Part shown: positions 1 through 12,389 of the stretch, piece by piece
How positions within the stretch are numbered: position 1 is the first letter of the stretch
Layout of the letters: each line of letters begins with the position of its first letter
Assembly: GCF_006345805.1 (NCBI RefSeq)
Contig: NC_043026.1
Location: 5,332,001 to 5,396,000, forward strand
Source of the DNA: Octopus sinensis
Lineage: Eukaryota
Direction of reading: 5' to 3'
Length of the DNA: 64,000 nt
Position numbers and translations under genes: made by a program
Notes under the pieces: generated by a model
What the model was told of the DNA's origin: nothing
Database searches by the model: none
Seen by the model: only the letters and a program-made list of their open reading frames with translations

Positions 1-377
1 TTTACAATTGTATGCCAGACTTGTTTGGAGGTGTCTTGGCAACAGTGTTCTGCAACTGGCAGCAAAACGGGAGCATAACCCAGTTTTGTGAGCCAAAGAG
101 TTGTAATGTTGCTAAAGAAAGATCCCAACAAGAAGCACAGTGTAGATAACATTAGGCAGTTAGCCTGGCAGTGCTATCGAGAGGCACTCCCCATTCGAGA
201 TAGGCTCTACAGGCATGGCTCAAGAGACACAGGGCCAAGATGTGGACATCGTGACGAAACCTTTCTCCATGCACTCGTACAGTGTCCACCAATTTCCGAC
301 TTGTGGGCCTATGTCGAACGACTGCTATCACATGTGGGACAAGTCAGATTATCAGCTGAGTCTATCATCAATATTCT
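1..377 (+). mobile_element. Tx1/L1-clade LINE ORF2 remnant (RT N-terminal piece fused to the C-terminal zf-RVT-like region; internally deleted)
   Basis: ORF 88..468: VVMLLKKDPNK (RT 'LLxKDPNK' segment) is joined directly to AWQCYREALPIRDRLYRHG...PRCGHRDETFLHALVQCP..LW (CxxC..ET..H...C zinc-binding tail typical of L1/Tx1 ORF2). The ORF runs into a SINE at ~378. Confidence 0.7.
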
Positions 378-585
378 ATTCTACTCTAGGTACAAGGTCC
401 GAAATTTTGTTGGAGGGAGCCAGTTGATTACATTGACCCCAGTACACAATAGGTACTTAATTTATTGACCCCGAAAGGATGAATGGCAAAGTCAACCTTG
501 GCTAAATTTAAACTCAGAACATAGAGACAGATGAAATACTGCTAAGCATTTTGCCCGGTGTGCTAATGTTTCTGCCAGCTAGCCG
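378..585 (-). mobile_element. tRNA-derived SINE, family A
   Basis: The reverse strand reads GCTGGCAGAAACATTAGCA...AAATGCTTAGC...GTTCTGAG(T/A)TTAAATT...CATCCTTTCGGGGTCAATAAATTAAGTACC. Related copies recur at about 19085-19290(+), 22478-22645(-), 23560-23740(-), 27704-28740(+, several), 57770-57980(-) and 60527-60770. Confidence 0.8.
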
Positions 586-1689
586 TCTTAGAGTCTATTG
601 TTGTGCCTCCTTCCTTCAAATGGGAAGGAAGAGCCATTTTCATTTTGGGGCATCTGAAAGGTCTGGAGACAAACACTTTCCTCTCTGGTCAATCTCTCAT
701 CAACCTCTTCAAGTATCACTTGAAGAGGAAGGTGAGCATAGAGAGGGAAGTTTTGTCTAGTGAATACTTCAAACAAAGATGGGTGAATGTAGCAAGGATG
801 GCACGTGTGAATGACGGATCCACGTTCAGCATAACCCTACAAACCAGAAAAACAAAGGAGTAAAAGAGAGCCACTTACTGTAATGCGTTTTTGTTTTTGC
901 ATGACGTAATTGCCCGAGGTAACCGTGGTCTTTTCTGTAAGCTTTTCTTTCCACAGATAAAATTAATCTGTTTTCCTTTTTACATTTATGACATTTCTGT
1001 GATACACGATCGCTATTGATTGGAATCTTATTTCCCCCCCCCCACTTCTTCCCCAAGAAGAAAAGCTCTGCATTGTATTTTGTCTCCTCTGTGTTCAGCC
1101 CTGTGTGGCTAATTAAGAAACATATCTGTCTGTCTGTCTGTTTGTTTATTACCTGCTTTTTGGCTTAGAAGTTGGCATCCCAGTCATATGTACGCCTGTA
1201 TGTATGCATGTCTCAGAATATGACGTCAAGAAATGCAGCATTCCTGTGCACCAGTTTCGTATGGTGTGCATACAATGATTATAATTTAACTGTTATCAAA
1301 TTTCTGGCTGCTTATTCAAAATGATGAAATGAAGAACAACTTTCAAAAGAAACATATTTATTGCTTTAAAATAAATTCAAAGAAACAATATTGAAAATGT
1401 AAAAGAAAAACAGGAAAAAATTTAACTTCAAATCACTCTCCATGGGGATGGAATATATTCTGAAAGTTTAGACACTGCCACTCCTTTTCTCTTTCACACA
1501 CACACACACACACACATGGTGCTGGCATGGCTGTTTTCCTTACCAACCACCACCACCACCACCACCACCACCACCACCACCACCACTACCACCACCACAA
1601 TTGTCAACAAGCTGCCAAATAAAGGCCTACTTCTTAATCTGAATAATTTCCTGTAATAAGAGTGAATAGAATTCTCAGAAAAACCGCTT

Positions 1690-2760
1690 TTATCGTTGGC
1701 CTAGATTTAAAACCCAATTCTTGGAAGTAAACAACAACCCGGATGAAATTCATGATTGTAGCTTGACCTGCACAAAACAGCAAGTAAATCACCCTCAAAT
1801 CAAACACTACTCCTTATGTATAATTAATATATACATATATATAAACCAACAAGTGAATGCTCTACATAGTAGCTAGACGTCCCTCAAGTTGTAAACTCTT
1901 ATGTATGTATATATGAGCCAATAATGGAGTCCCGTATACGGTTGCTAGACCTTTTGGAAACAACAGCCAAATCTCTCAAATCAAACACTACTGTCTAATG
2001 TATATATCTTTGTATACATAAGTAAGATGGCCCACCACATGCTAGCTACACTTGTTAGAAATAACAGCTACCCCTCACTCAAATCACACCATACTCTCTG
2101 ATCATTGTATATGGGTATGAGCCAACAAGTGGGACCTCTGCATTGTAACTAGTCCTGGCAGAAATAGCAGAGATATCTCCCTCCAATCACCCCAGCTACC
2201 TTATGTATGTATGAATATATGTCTAAACCCATGAGAGATGTGTCTATATGGTAGCGAGACATGCTAGAAATAGCAGATACTCTTCTCTCAGATTAAATTC
2301 TACTGCTTTATGTCTGTGCATATGTGTGTACATGCCAATGATTGAGGTAAGAACCTGGCCATACATGTGTGTGTGTGTGTATTTGTATGTACCACTAAGG
2401 GAGATGTCAGACATAGTAACTGGACCTTTTGAAAATAGCTGCTAAATCTCCCTCAAACCCCACACAACACTCTCTTTTGTATGCATATATGAAAGTATAA
2501 GCCAACAGCTGAGACCTCTAAATGCTTGCTGGAACTACTAGAAACATCAGCTAAATGTTACTCAAATCCTGCCCTACACTCTCAATTAGGAAGCCATGCA
2601 TGGATATGCAAGCAAGTGAGGAGTCTACACAGTAGCTAGACCTACTAGAAATAGCAGCTAAACCACCTCCAAATAAAACCTTACAGTCTTATGTATATAC
2701 GTATGAGTTAATGGGGGAGTCCTCTACAGAGTTAGACATTGCAGAATAACCTCTTTCCCC
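1690..2760 (+). repeat. Degenerate tandem array of ~100-110 bp units (GCTAGAAATAGCAGCTAAATCTCCCTCAAATC core)
   Basis: CTCAAATCA-like cores recur at about 1795, 1976, 2078, 2181, 2287, 2450, 2560 and 2668, most preceded by (G)CTAGAAA(T)A(G/A)CAGC. Dispersed monomers also occur at about 18600-19000(-), 20250-20440(-), 23420-23470(-), 38400-38740 and 60025. Confidence 0.7.
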
Positions 2761-3174
2761 ATTTCATAATCCTGTGTATTTACTTAGATTACTGAGACAA
2801 GTTTCAGACAGAATCGGTCCAGGCCTTGACTAATTTCATAGCACTACCAGCTAAAGACAAAAAAATATGAGGATTAGTCCAGAGGGCCCTTGTAAAGAGA
2901 TGGTACATGGCCTCGTTCCCCATTGAAATTGGCTGCCATGGCTTTCCAACTACATCAGTGTGTTATATTCTGCAGAAGATAAGGGTGGGACCCCAACAAC
3001 TGAAGAAAGCGAACAAGAGGATGGATAGGAGAGCACAAACTAGATGAAGATGTGTATAATGAGAAACCACAATTGGAACCCTTATTAAGGTGATGGTTAT
3101 TTAAGTCCTTGCTGCCCCACACAGGTCATGTATACATGCTGAGGGACAAAATTCTTGGTGCTTCCGTTGATTAG

Positions 3175-4025
3175 GTGACCAATTTACTAGTAGTGGGAGG
3201 TGATTCTGAATGCACAGCTTCTAGAATAAGAATAGGCTGGGTGGAGTTCAGAGAGTTACCACCACTGTTTGTAATGAAGGGCCATTCCGTCAGAGTGAAA
3301 GGCAGACTGTATGATGCCTGTGAACAAACAACTCTGCTACGTGGCAGTGAGAGCTGGACTGTGACTACTGAGGATCTGCAAAGGCTTCAAAGAAGTGAAG
3401 CAAGTATGCTTCGATGGATGGGTAATGTCAGTGTGCATATATGACAGGGTTTAAGTGGTGGTTTGAGAGAAAGAATGGGTGTATGAGGCACCAGGGTTAG
3501 CGTACAAGAGAGAGAAGACTGCGCTGGTGTGAGCATGTAATGTGTATGGATGAAGACCGTTGCACCAAGATGTGCTGATGTCTAATTATAGAAGGAGCAT
3601 GTGGAAGGGATAGACCCAGGAAGACGTTGGACAGAGGGGTGAGAAAGGATCTACAGATGTTGGGACTCACAGAGGTGATGGCAAGGGACCAAGACTCCGG
3701 GTGGTTTGCTGTGCTTGAGAAGATGTGCCAAGTAAAAGCATTGTTGTCCCTGCATACAGTCTTGTCCCCTTCATTCCTAATCTTGTGGGTGCTGGTGTCA
3801 TGTAACAAATACCCGTACTGGTGTCACATGAATGTACCCCTGCCAATGCTGTATAAAAGCAGCCAGTATACTCTGTAAAGTGGTTGGGGTTAGGAAGGGC
3901 ATCCAACAATAGAAACCCTGCCAAAACAGATATGGTGCTTGGGCAGCTCCTCTACTGGTTCGTTCCTGTCAAATTGTTCAACCATGTCAGCATGGAAAAC
4001 AGAATTGAAATGATGATGATGATAT
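3175..4025 (+). mobile_element. RTE-clade LINE 3' fragment (decayed)
   Basis: Translation RVKGRLYDACEQTTLLRGSESWTV...LQRSEASMLRWMGNVSV and RKDLQMLGLTEVMARD. It is followed by the GGTTAGGAAGGGCATCC 3' UTR motif and an (ATG)n tail at about 4010-4025. Confidence 0.85.
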
Positions 4026-4114
4026 TTGTATGTGTATATATTTTTATGTATTCATATCATATATATATATATATACATACATGCATATACATATACATAT
4101 AGATATACATATAC

Positions 4115-4192
<78 letters not shown>

Positions 4193-4225
4193 ATGTATAT
4201 ATATATATATATATATGTGTGTATA

Positions 4226-5270
4226 TATGTAATGTCAGTGTTCTTACTCGACAGAGTGTAAGTACCCTGAGAGAAAAGTTGGACCTAAGAAGCATCAGTT
4301 GTGGTGTGCAAGATAGACGTTTGCGCTGGTATGGTCATGTGATGAGAATGGCTGAAGATAGTTGTGTGCAAAAGTGCCACACCCTAGTGGTTGAGGTAAC
4401 CTGTGCAAGAAGTAGACTCAGGGAAACCTGGGATGAGTTTGTGAAGCACGACCTTCGAACTTTAGGTCTCACCAAGGAAATGACTAGAGACCGAGACCTA
4501 TGGATATATGCTGTGTGTGAAAAGACCCGGCAAGTCTGGTGAGACTATAAACCGTGGCCTCTACCGGTATGTAGCCAGTCGACTTATACATACTTTTTTC
4601 CTTCTAGGGACACAAAACTCCACTTGTGAAGACCCGTTGAGGCAAGTGAAAATCAAAAATCAAAATCAAAATCAAAATCAAATCAAATCATATCAGATAT
4701 CAGAACCAAAATTGAAGTCGATCAACATCAATGGAAATTGCAGCTGTGACACCAGTGCCGGTGACAAGTAAGCGAAACATCCGATCATGGCCGTTGCCAG
4801 CGCTGCCCCGAATGGCCTCCGTGCCGGTGGCACGTAAAAAGCACCATCCGATCGTGGCCATAGCCAGCCTCGCATGGCCCCCGTGCCGATGGCACGTAAA
4901 AAGCACCATCTGTTCATGTCCATTGCCAGCCTCGCGTGGCCCCCGGGCCAGTGGCATGTAAAATTCACCGTCCGATCGTGTCCGTTGCCAGCCTCGCCTG
5001 GTCCTTGTACAGGTGGCACGTAAAAAGCACCATCTGTCTGTGGCCATCTTGCCGGCCCCATCAGGCACCTGTTTGTGTGGCACGTAAGAAGCAGCGACTA
5101 CACTCACGGAGTGGTTGACGTTAGGAAGGGCATCCAGCCGTAGAAATTCTGCCAGATCAGACTGGGCGTGATGCAGCCTTATGGCTTCCCAGACCCCAGT
5201 TGAACTGTCCAACCCATGCTAGCATGGAGAGCAGACGCTAAATGACGATGATGATGATGATGATAATGAT
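4226..5270 (+). mobile_element. RTE-clade LINE 3' end with long 3' UTR and (ATG)n tail
   Basis: ORF 4030..4542 C-terminal part: CNVSV...[21 protein letters not shown]...[28 protein letters not shown]. The UTR contains a 62-bp minisatellite, and the tail ATGACGATGATGATG lies at about 5242-5270. Confidence 0.9.
4781..5070 (+). repeat. ~62-bp minisatellite (about 5 units) inside the RTE 3' UTR
   Basis: Units begin at about 4781, 4848, 4910, 4971 and 5034. Consensus CCGATCGTGGCCGTTGCCAGCCTCGCxTGGCCCCCGTGCCGGTGGCACGTAAAAAGCACCAT. A similar array lies at about 10545-10790. Confidence 0.85.
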
Positions 5271-5380
5271 ATATATATATATATATATATATAATAAAAT
5301 ATTAGGGAATAAATCCAAACTTACAGGGAAAAATGAGATTTAGGATTAAATCCAATTGTATAGTATAAATATATTATATA

Positions 5381-5657
5381 ATATTATATTAAATTAGAGA
5401 TAAAACCACTATTAGGCAAATCAAACAATGAAAAACATAAGCCAATACATAAAATTAATTAATTTGTTTTATTTTAAAAATATATCAAAAGTATTATAAG
5501 TTTAATAAATGTGTTTTACTCTTCATCATTTATTAAACTTTTAATACTTTTGATACATTTTAAAAATAATTTAAATTAATTAATTTTATGTATTGGCTTA
5601 TGTTTTTCATTGTTTGATTTGCCTAATAGTGGTTTTATCTCTAATTTAATATAATAT
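5381..5657. repeat. Long inverted repeat / fold-back element embedded in (TA)n
   Basis: 5381-5465 is the exact reverse complement of 5573-5657 (85/85 by manual alignment). Inner arms 5466-5513 and 5524-5572 pair imperfectly around a ~10-nt loop. Confidence 0.9.
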
Positions 5658-6281
5658 ATATATATATATATATATACTTATGAGAGGGAAACCACTATGT
5701 GGATAACCTTATGCAGAAATAGGTCCGCTATGGTCTTACCACTAAGAAATGTTCTCAAAAAAAATTAGCAAAACAACCAAATCGTAATATATATATGTAT
5801 CAGGGACATGCCACCTCTGTAGGCAAGTTAGGCAGTGCCTACATTGAAGAAAATAGGTCAATAGCAACATTTTGTTTTTATGGCAAAATATGCAACTAAT
5901 TTAATAAATTTATGAACGTTACTCTGATTACTATGCATAAATACAAAATATCTTATTTTTTGTAGATTCGGTAGACATCATTGACCCCTGCTTTTCAATC
6001 TCAGTATTTAAGCAATGCATAGTAATGCTGTAGTACACTTGTTGCGTACACTCCTACAACACCATTTTCTTTATGTGTTATAAAGGCAGAAGGAAATCTG
6101 CCTTCAACTCAGTCACACGTCTCTGGTTTGCTTGGTCACCAACTGCCTACCCTGAGTAATTACTGATGGCACGTGCTTGATATGTGTTTAGGTAACAATT
6201 GTAGCTGAATGAATTGACCCCAGTTCAGATTTATCTTTGTAAGCCTGGGCTTCTTTCGGTCTCCTTCTACCAAATCCATAT

Positions 6282-6400
6282 TAAAATAGAAAATGAAAAA
6301 GCAAAACATTTTGCTTCATTGAAAAAAACTTTTAACACAGAGGCTTGGCTCTGTCTCATTCTATTCTGTGTCTAAACTTGCTTTATCATTTTCTATTTTA
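6282..6400. repeat. Small inverted-repeat element (23-bp arms, 22/23 identical) flanked by TTAA
   Basis: TAAAATAGAAAATGAAAAAGCAA (6282-6304) versus TTGCTTTATCATTTTCTATTTTA (6378-6400). TTAA occurs at 6281-6284 and 6398-6401. The element abuts a SINE-B remnant. Confidence 0.55.
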
Positions 6401-6739
6401 ATCTCTGTCCATTTGTCCAGAGAGGAACTACATCTAACCATCTTAGATGGACAGACTCAATACCACATTTTTCAGATGCAGTTGAAGCCAGGGTAGTAAG
6501 CCAAACTGACCACTCTTACACATACCTATAACATTATGTCAGTTACCGAAAACTCCTTGTTTAGCAGTGTATATGTATATATATATATATATAGATATAT
6601 ATATATGTTTGTATGGCTGGCATGGGTTGGACAGTCTGAGTGAGAGCTTGCAAGCCAGAAGGCTGCATCAGGCACCAATCTGATCTGGCATTTTCAATTA
6701 GTTATAACAATTGGAGGTCAACGACTGGACGCTTATTCT

Positions 6740-8090
6740 CTCAACATTCCAAAACTGAATTGAAGGCACCTGTCCCACCCAATCACTTCATTCTCAGAGA
6801 AACATCCTACAACATCGACAAACTCAGACATTATATGCTGCTGAAAAACAGGTCCCTTCAGAATTCCGATAAAGCCTCACATATACAATTTTGTCCTCGG
6901 AAACATCTCCACACAATTGGTGGAACCATCCGAGCAGCACCGGTGGTGGAATTGGGAAAACATTCCTCTTGAATTTTCTTCTAACAAAGTTGTGGCATAA
7001 TGGTGACCTTGCAATTGCTGCTGCTTCCTCAGAAATAGCCTCGACTCTTCTCGGCGGTGGACGCACAGCAGACTCTGCCTTCAAATTGCCTTTCAATGTA
7101 GCACATCAAAGAACCCAACGTGCGACACAATGCATTACTTGGATGAAGCGGCAGTTTTGAAGAAGTGCCACCTCGTTGTTTGGGATGAAGCAACAAAGTC
7201 CCCTAAATGTTCCCTTCATGCACTTCATATCACAATGAGGGATCTTAGATCAAACAACAACGTCCTTAGAGGTGCGACTCTGCTTCTTGCAGGAGATTTT
7301 CGATAAACTCTGCCTATTATACCCAAAGGAACACCCACTGATGACCTTAATGCCTGCCTCAAAAAATCCCTCCTTTGGTCGCATGTCCAATCGAAACAAC
7401 TCACCAACAACATGAGATCACTCCTACAGACTGGTCAGCCTAGAGCCCAGGTTTTGCAAATGCTCTTTAAAATCGTCAATGGACAAATTACGTTCGACGG
7501 CAATGGATACATTGACACTACCATCATTGGCCAGTCCTGATGACTTATGTTCTGCCATTTACCCAAATCTTACAACGGAATACATAAAACCAGACTGGCT
7601 TCGTGTCAGGCCTGTTCTTACACCTACAAATGCAGCTGTCAACACTCTTAACTATGACTTACTCAGTCAGCTACCTTCTCAAGAATGTTGTTACAGATTG
7701 GTTGACACCGTGACTGACCTCAATCAGGTTACACACTTTCCAACAGAATTTCCCAACACCCAACATCCTCCAGGTCTCCAGGAAGCCCAAAATTATCATG
7801 AATCACAGCCAAATGATACAGTTTTCATTCCGTTAACCCAAACCAGACTGCCACCCCTCTTACCTAAGCAGAAATATCGTTCCCTCTAAAACCCAGATTC
7901 GCTATGAAAAATTAACAAAGCACAAGGTCAGTTGCTGAAAGTTGTTGGATTGAGACTTCGACCATCGTGCTTTTCACATGGAGAGATCTACGTCGGTTGT
8001 TCCAGAGTTGGCCATCCAGACAACTTATTCATCTATGCTGCTGAAGGAAAAACTAAAATCGTTGTCAACAAAGCAGGCCTTCAGTAGTTA
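6740..8090 (+). mobile_element. Helitron RepHel PIF1-family helicase region, pseudogenised
   Basis: Frameshifted motifs in order: GGIGKTFLLN (Walker A), AASSEIASTLLGGGRTADSAFKLP, WDEA, LLAGDFR.TLPIIPKG, LTNNMR, VLTPTNAAVNTLN, FPTEF.NT..PPGL, INKAQGQ.LKVVG, FSHGEIYVGCSRVG. Confidence 0.92.
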
Positions 8091-8718
8091 TTCTTCTTCT
8101 ATATTCTTCACATTTATGCCAAACGGTAGCCGTTAGCAACCAGACTTCCTGCAAGGATTCCATTGATACTTTGCTTTATTTTCCTGATTTCTGTTAATAG
8201 TAAGATACCTTCCATGACCCTTCTTACTTCACGCCCACTGTCCGCTCATAAGCATGCTCTGACATTTATCGTTGTACATGCCATTATTCTATTTGCATGT
8301 TTTCTATAAAGGTTTGCTTTTCTTTATCATACATGGCTTTCATTGAAACAAAGCTTCAATGCGGTTGTGTCAGGCATTTCGAGAAAACTAAGTACAGGAT
8401 ATAAAACGCTTCAAGTAAGATAGAGGATCTCCAATGCTTACGGAAATTGCGATCCCATTTCTTGGACTCTCATTTATTACTCACTGCCAAATTTGTGTTC
8501 AGAGGAAATTTATTCATTCCCTAAGTTCTTTAATACCTTTGAGAAATGCTAACGAAAATGGTAATTTACATATTACACTTATTAAGTGAAACAACTTCTA
8601 ATTGTGGGCTAATTCAAATAAAACCAAAACCACCACAAAGGAATGCGTCATTATAATAAATTACACCGTCCATAGGATGGGTGCATTTCTTTTATATATA
8701 CATATATATATGCTCCGA

Positions 8719-8989
8719 TGGGTGTGTAATGCTCCAGTATGCTCCGATGGATGTGTAATGTCAGTGTTCATACCCGACAGAGTGTAAGTACCTTGAGAGA
8801 AAAGTTGGACCTAAGAAGCATCAGTTGTGGTGAGCAAGAGAGAGACGTCAGCGCTGGTATGGTCACATGGTGAGAATGGATGAAGATGGTTGTGTGAAAA
8901 AGTTCCACACCCTAGCGGTTGAGGGAACCTGTGGAAGAGGTAGACCCAGGAAAACCTGGGATACGGTGTGAAGCACGACTTCATCTTTA
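8719..8989 (+). mobile_element. RTE-clade LINE fragment truncated by an assembly gap
   Basis: Closely similar to 4226-4465 (GTGTAATGTCAGTG...GAGAAAAGTTGGACCTAAGAAGCATCAG...GTGAAGCACGAC). Confidence 0.85.
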
Positions 8990-9089
8990 NNNNNNNNNNN
9001 NNNNNNNNNNNNNNNNNNNNNNNNNNNNNNNNNNNNNNNNNNNNNNNNNNNNNNNNNNNNNNNNNNNNNNNNNNNNNNNNNNNNNNNNN
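8990..9089. other. Assembly gap (100 N)
   Basis: A run of exactly 100 N, a typical placeholder for a scaffolding join of unknown size. Confidence 0.99.
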
Positions 9090-9129
9090 ACATTTAAAAA
9101 AATTATCTGATATTATTTTGTACCTTCAA

Positions 9130-9265
9130 GATAGGAAAGATGTAATTGCTTATTTTTGGAGTGACATTGCAGGGTAGGTGTGAGATGCATGTTCTGGCCA
9201 GTTTGAGCAATAAATGTGTAGAATATTTGGGCCGGATACAGCCGGTTTAAACACTAATGGGTTAA
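9130..9265 (-). mobile_element. piggyBac-type MITE terminal fragment
   Basis: The minus strand starts TTAA CCCATTAGTGTTTAAACCGGC..., i.e. a TTAA target site followed by a CCC terminus. The other end is lost in or near the gap. Confidence 0.55.
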
Positions 9266-9418
9266 ACAGAGTCAACAAGTGGCCTGGGAAAATTTCAATT
9301 GAAAAACATTTTCTCAGTACAATTATGCATATATATATATAACTGTGGGTGTGAACATGTATGTATTTATGTGTATGAATATATAAAGGTGTATATTTGT
9401 GTGTGAGTGTGTGTGTGT

Positions 9419-9467
<49 letters not shown>

Positions 9468-9730
9468 TTATATATATATATATGTATACATGTGTAGGTG
9501 TGCCTGCATGTGAGTCTTTCTTAAGATCGAAGTTTCTCTTCCTGGATTGGGTGAGAGATTACTTTCTTGAGCAAAACCCTTCACTCCACTTACCCCAAAC
9601 TAATTAGCTGATAAAAATGAGCAATCCAGCGATGGCCCACCTTCCTATTCTGCGGGGAAATATATACGCTACAGAATCCGGGAAACCATCTTTTTAAGTT
9701 AATGCCTTGAGAAAGCTTTAATCTCATATC

Positions 9731-9763
<33 letters not shown>

Positions 9764-10084
9764 ATATATGTATATATATATATATATATAATAACATTAG
9801 GGAATATGATTCCTAACTTACAGGGAGAAATTCAATTTAGTAATACTAAATCAAATTTCACAATATATGATGCATGTATGTAAATCAGAGAAGAACCACC
9901 ATGTAGCAATTCAGCAATGATATACTTAAATCATACCATGTAGGAAAAAATTAAAGATACGATAAAACATTTATGTAGAACTAAATAAAGTACAAAATAA
10001 TAAATAAATAGTACATAATTTAGTTCTAGGTAAATGTTACATGGTACTTCTTCTCTAACTTATATACATGTAGTATATATATAT

Positions 10085-10131
<47 letters not shown>

Positions 10132-10159
10132 TATATATATGTATATATATATGTATATA

Positions 10160-10267
<108 letters not shown>

Positions 10268-10544
10268 GAGATAGGGGTTGAAAATTCAACCCACCATGGG
10301 ATAACATATATCCAATATACTGCTAGAGAGGTACCCAACAAGACTAATACATAAATGTTAAAAATTGCCATGCAATTATATAATATATATATATTAGATA
10401 CATACAGACATAACCATGGCCTATGCCAATGCTGCATAACCAGCCTATTTAAGAGACCTTCAATCATTGGCAATGGTCTCCACTTGCGAAGACCTGTTGA
10501 GGCATGTGATATTGTTATTATGGACAATGACAGTACTGCCTGAC

Positions 10545-10935
10545 GGAACCCGTGCCAGTAGAAAACGTTAAAAGCACCATTTGAGCATGATTGATGCCAT
10601 GCCACCTAACCGACTCTGGTGCGGTGGAATGGAAGTAAAAGCACCATCAAGCATGCGTTGCCAGCATTGCTTGACTGGCTCCTGTGCAGGTGGCACGTAA
10701 AAAGCACCAATTGAGCGTGGTCAATGCCAGTAATGCCTGACTGGCCCTCGTTCCAGTGACACATAAAAGCACCCACTATACTCTCGGAATGGTTAGTGTT
10801 AGGAAGGGCATCCAGCTTTAGAAACTCTGCCAGATCAAATTAGAACTTGGTGCTGCCTTCTGGTTCACCAGCCCTCAGTCAAACTGTCCAACCCATGCCA
10901 GCTTGGAAAGTGCACATTAAACAACAATGATGATG
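10545..10935 (+). mobile_element. RTE 3' UTR-derived repeat
   Basis: GGCACGTAAAAAGCACC units, TTAGGAAGGGCATCCAGC, CAACCCATGCCAGC and an (ATG)n tail. The same family appears at 21983-22290(-), 30012-30290(-), 50102-50775(-) and 51452-52005(-). Confidence 0.85.
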
Positions 10936-11032
10936 ACGATATATACACTTAAATATCCAGATATATATATATATATATATATTTACATAATATTGAGGTC
11001 TCTTTCTTTCTTTTGTTATCTTACCGTTTTCT

Positions 11033-11073
<41 letters not shown>

Positions 11074-11204
11074 TATACATATATATACATAAACATGTAT
11101 ATGTACATATACATATATATATATACTATATATATAAGTATGTATGTATATATATATAAGCATGTACTTATGTATGTATTTATGTATATGTGTGTATATT
11201 TCAA

Positions 11205-11592
11205 TCTTTTACTTGATTCAGTCATTAGATTGTGGCCATGCTGGGGCACTGCCTTGGGGTATTCTTTGCTTGTCAAATCGATTCACCTACACAATTATTT
11301 TCTTTGTCAGTGCAGTATTATTCTATTGGTCCCTTTTGACAAACCACTAAGTTACGGGGACATGAACACACTGCCATGGATTGTCAAGCAGTGGCAAGGG
11401 ACAAATACAAAAATTAGGTTTAGGGTTGGTCTTCTTTCAGTTCAGTCTACCAAATCCACTCACACATATCTAATTAGCCTAATGCTTTAGTAGAAAACAC
11501 TTGCCCGAGGTACCAAGCAATGGGACTGAACCTACAATAATGTGGTTGAGAAGCAACCACATTCAAGTTTCTTATTACAGAGCCACTTCTGC
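11205..11592 (-). mobile_element. tRNA-derived SINE, family B (diverged)
   Basis: Colinear similarity to the cleaner copy at 13867-14279, including TTTCAGTC...TGGCCATGCTGG, CTACCAAATCCACTCAC and GGGACTGAACC. Confidence 0.8.
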
Positions 11593-11608
11593 ATATATAT
11601 ATATAAAA

Positions 11609-12250
11609 ACCGTAAATCCTCGAGTATAATCCCCTTTTTTTCCCAAAATTTAAAGGTCAAAATCCCTAGTGCGTACTATTTATGAGGTTAAAAATGAAAA
11701 CTATTTTCCAAGCAATGTCCAAGTCTCTATTTGCTGTCTGGCAATGTTTATTCAGACGCATTTTGTGATGTCGGGCATGAAAATGCCTTAAGCTAAGCCT
11801 GAAAGCAATGAAGAATCATCTAGAACTTGCAATAAGCAACATTTATTAAAATAAAAGTATTCAGAACACAGAATAATCCATAACAAAAACAATTTGCAAA
11901 CATATTTACATTCCCATATAACAGTTAAGAACATCACCATTATTGTATTACGCATGCGCGGAAGTGTTTGTTTGACTAGGTGCTGCTGGCGTAATTACGC
12001 ACGACTCAATTTAGAGAAGGGGTGTGTATTATACACAAGGGGACCCTGTCAAAGACTTTCTCCATGTCAACAAAAGCCAGGTACTGGGGCTTATCTTTGG
12101 CCGGGCATTTCTCCTGCAGCTGTCTCGCCAGAAATTCTGAAAACTTTTGGGTGAGAATTTTACATGAGCAGAAGCTTTTTCTAACAAATTTTATCCTGAA
12201 AATCACCTGCGTAAATTACACAGGTGCGCAAATTACATGGGTTTTATGGT
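11609..12250. mobile_element. Nested Tc1/pogo-type MITE pieces interrupted by an RTE RT fragment
   Basis: TIR-like CCGTAAATCCTCGAGTATAA at 11610 and ...AAATTACATGGGTTTTATGGTA ending near 12250. The minus-strand peptide KCPAKDKPQYLAFVDMEKVFDRVP (RTE RT domain) lies at about 12040-12125. Confidence 0.45.
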
Positions 12251-12389
12251 ATTCATTTTTGAGTGAAATGAAGTGTTTTGGTCAAGAACACAAAGCATCA
12301 CCTGGTACAAGAATCGAAACCAGCAATCTTACGATCATGAGTCCAAACACCCTAACACTAAGCCATGCACCTCCACCTGTATGTATATA

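Noticed and set aside
4026-4295. Many 60-180 aa ORFs rich in YI/IY, HT/TH, CV/VC, poly-M, poly-I or poly-Y (also near 10026-10605, 13548-13968, 14658-15083, 45095-45547 and 48074-48564)
   Set aside because: They are translations of (TA)n, (CA)n, (ATG)n, (AAT)n and (TAT)n microsatellites, which lack stops in some frames. They are not genes.
4781-5070. Regularly spaced repeats resembling a CRISPR array
   Set aside because: The units are contiguous and diverged along their whole length with no unique spacers. They lie in an RTE 3' UTR in a eukaryotic genome, and there are no cas genes.
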